DNA from: Sulfolobales archaeon HS-7
GTDB lineage: Archaea; Thermoproteota; Thermoprotei_A; Sulfolobales; Sulfolobaceae
Assembly: GCA_019704295.1 (NCBI GenBank)
Contig: AP024596.1
Span: 960,001 to 1,024,000 of the forward strand
Direction of reading: 5' to 3'
Length of the DNA stretch: 64,000 bases
In this document: one piece after another, positions 62,779 through 64,000 of the stretch
How positions within the stretch are numbered: position 1 is the first letter of the stretch
Layout of the letters: every line of letters begins with the position of its first letter
Position numbers and translations under genes: made by a program
The notes under the pieces: generated by a model
Told to the model about the DNA's origin: nothing
The model's input: only the letters and a program-made list of their open reading frames with translations
The model's database searches: none

Positions 62779-63056
62779 GACGATTTCCCTCCTTCACCTG
62801 TCGTTTTCTTCTCCTCAACTGGTTTCTCCTTGCTTTTTTCTTTCTTCTCCTTACTCTCTTTCTTGAATCTCTTTATTTCAACTTCTACCGTTACGCCTTC
62901 ATCACAGGTATAGGCGATATTTCCATTTTCCTCCCTCTCCTCACAGGTTATCCCTCTATTCCTTATGAATTCCCTCAAGTTCTTCTTATGTCTGAAGGTT
63001 AATTTCTCCTCTTTATTCTCCTTCTTTACGGTTACGTAGTATTTAATTACTTTCAT
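62775..63056 (-). CDS. Hypothetical protein with K/E-rich tail
   Basis: 93-aa ORF divergent from acnA. Confidence 0.6.
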   Translation of the reverse strand: MKVIKYYVTVKKENKEEKLTFRHKKNLREFIRNRGITCEEREENGNIAYTCDEGVTVEVEIKRFKKESKEKKEKSKEKPVEEKKTTGEGGKSS

Positions 63057-63097
63057 AAGGTCATAACTGGTGATGAAAATTTAAGGTTGTGGTGAGA

Positions 63098-64000
63098 TTG
63101 AATAGCATGTCGTCTATTAATGGATTTAGGTATTTTTCTCTAGATGAAGTAAAGAAAAGGGGATACGACATAGATAATTTACCATACTCAATCAAAGTTC
63201 TGATCGAGAATGTGTTGAGGAATATGAACGGAAATACCGTAACTGAGGAGGATCTCGACGCCATATCCTCCTGGAAAGTGGGAAAAGAAATACCCTTCTT
63301 TCCATCAAGGATATTACTTCAAGATTACACAGGTATCCCGCTTCTTGTAGACCTAGCTGGCATGAGATCAGCGATAAAACGATTAAGAGGAAAACCTGAG
63401 GCAGTAAACCCGCTTATACAATCTGACTTGGTCATTGATCACTCAGTACAAGTTGATTACTTCGGAACTACGAACTCCCTAATGCTGAATATGAAAAAAG
63501 AATTTGAAAGGAATATGGAGAGGTATAAGTTTTTAAAATGGGCTCAGGGGAGCTTCTCAAATCTAAGGATAGTGACGCCAGGTCACGGTATTGTTCATCA
63601 GGTAAATATTGAATTCTTATCTCAGGTAGCGTATGTCAAGGATGGTGTTATTTATCCCGATTCCCTGATAGGTACGGATTCTCACACTACAATGGTTAAC
63701 GGAATAGGGGTTTTAGGTTGGGGTGTCGGCGGCCTTGAGGCAGAGGTATCCATGTTGGGAGAGCCTTATCCTTTACTCGTTCCTGAGGTAATAGGTGTTA
63801 AACTGACGGGAGAACTTAATCCTGGAGTTACTCCAACCGACGTCGTCTTATATGTAACTGAGACCTTAAGAAAAATTAACGTGGTAGGTAAATTTGTGGA
63901 GTTCTTTGGACCCTCATTATCAAAATTATCTGCCCAGGATAGATCCACTGTGTCCAATATGGCGCCGGAGTACGGTGCGACTGTAGGCTATTTCCCAGTG
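63098..64000 (+). CDS. acnA: Aconitate hydratase AcnA (5' part, runs off the window; absent from the ORF track)
   Basis: Manual translation: [71 protein letters not shown]; start TTG 63098 or ATG 63107. Confidence 0.95.
   Translation, partial: MNSMSSINGFRYFSLDEVKKRGYDIDNLPYSIKVLIENVLRNMNGNTVTEEDLDAISSWKVGKEIPFFPSRILLQDYTGIPLLVDLAGMRSAIKRLRGKPEAVNPLIQSDLVIDHSVQVDYFGTTNSLMLNMKKEFERNMERYKFLKWAQGSFSNLRIVTPGHGIVHQVNIEFLSQVAYVKDGVIYPDSLIGTDSHTTMVNGIGVLGWGVGGLEAEVSMLGEPYPLLVPEVIGVKLTGELNPGVTPTDVVLYVTETLRKINVVGKFVEFFGPSLSKLSAQDRSTVSNMAPEYGATVGYFPV

Noticed and set aside
373-63957. Numerous antisense or alternate-frame ORFs over well-identified genes (e.g. 2888-3247, 39915-40292, 48488-48952, 52989-53336, 63061-63264)
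   Set aside because: Shadow ORFs of strongly supported genes
1-64000. CRISPR array or other regularly spaced repeat-spacer array
   Set aside because: No periodic direct repeats with unique spacers and no cas genes were seen by eye; the 19-bp duplication at 15439 has no spacer

Overview
An AT-rich (about 37-38% GC by eye) chromosomal window from a thermoacidophilic crenarchaeon. The gene content and IS types point to Sulfolobales. The archaeal S10-spc ribosomal-protein superoperon is broken into two divergent halves about 28 kb apart: rpl3 to rpl29 on the minus strand (1226-5804) and rnp1/rps17 to secY-adk on the plus strand (34376-43613). Around them lie housekeeping genes (psmA, nob1, nadK, hom, radical SAM enzymes, pilins, a thiolase-fold protein, a GT2, an ADH and the 5' part of acnA), tRNA-Ser(TGA) and tRNA-Arg(TCT). 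Mobile DNA comprises one intact IS200/IS605-type tnpB element, a decayed IS607, a decayed IS5/IS4-like element, and at least three dispersed repeat families filling the long intergenic gaps, sometimes nested. The most notable observations are: (i) apparent non-canonical start codons, each 6 nt after a GGTGA SD (ACG for rpl14, ATA for rpl24, ATT for an M.MjaV-like methylase); (ii) a compact, host-GC TnpB-like RuvC/Zn-finger gene without IS ends and with a 5' frameshift; (iii) five SMN1-like MITEs, several keeping a TnpB omegaRNA-like scaffold; (iv) a BlaI/M56-peptidase regulatory pair in an archaeon; (v) an unknown gene flanked by inverted repeats. No CRISPR array was seen. All alignments were done by eye, so repeat boundaries are approximate.
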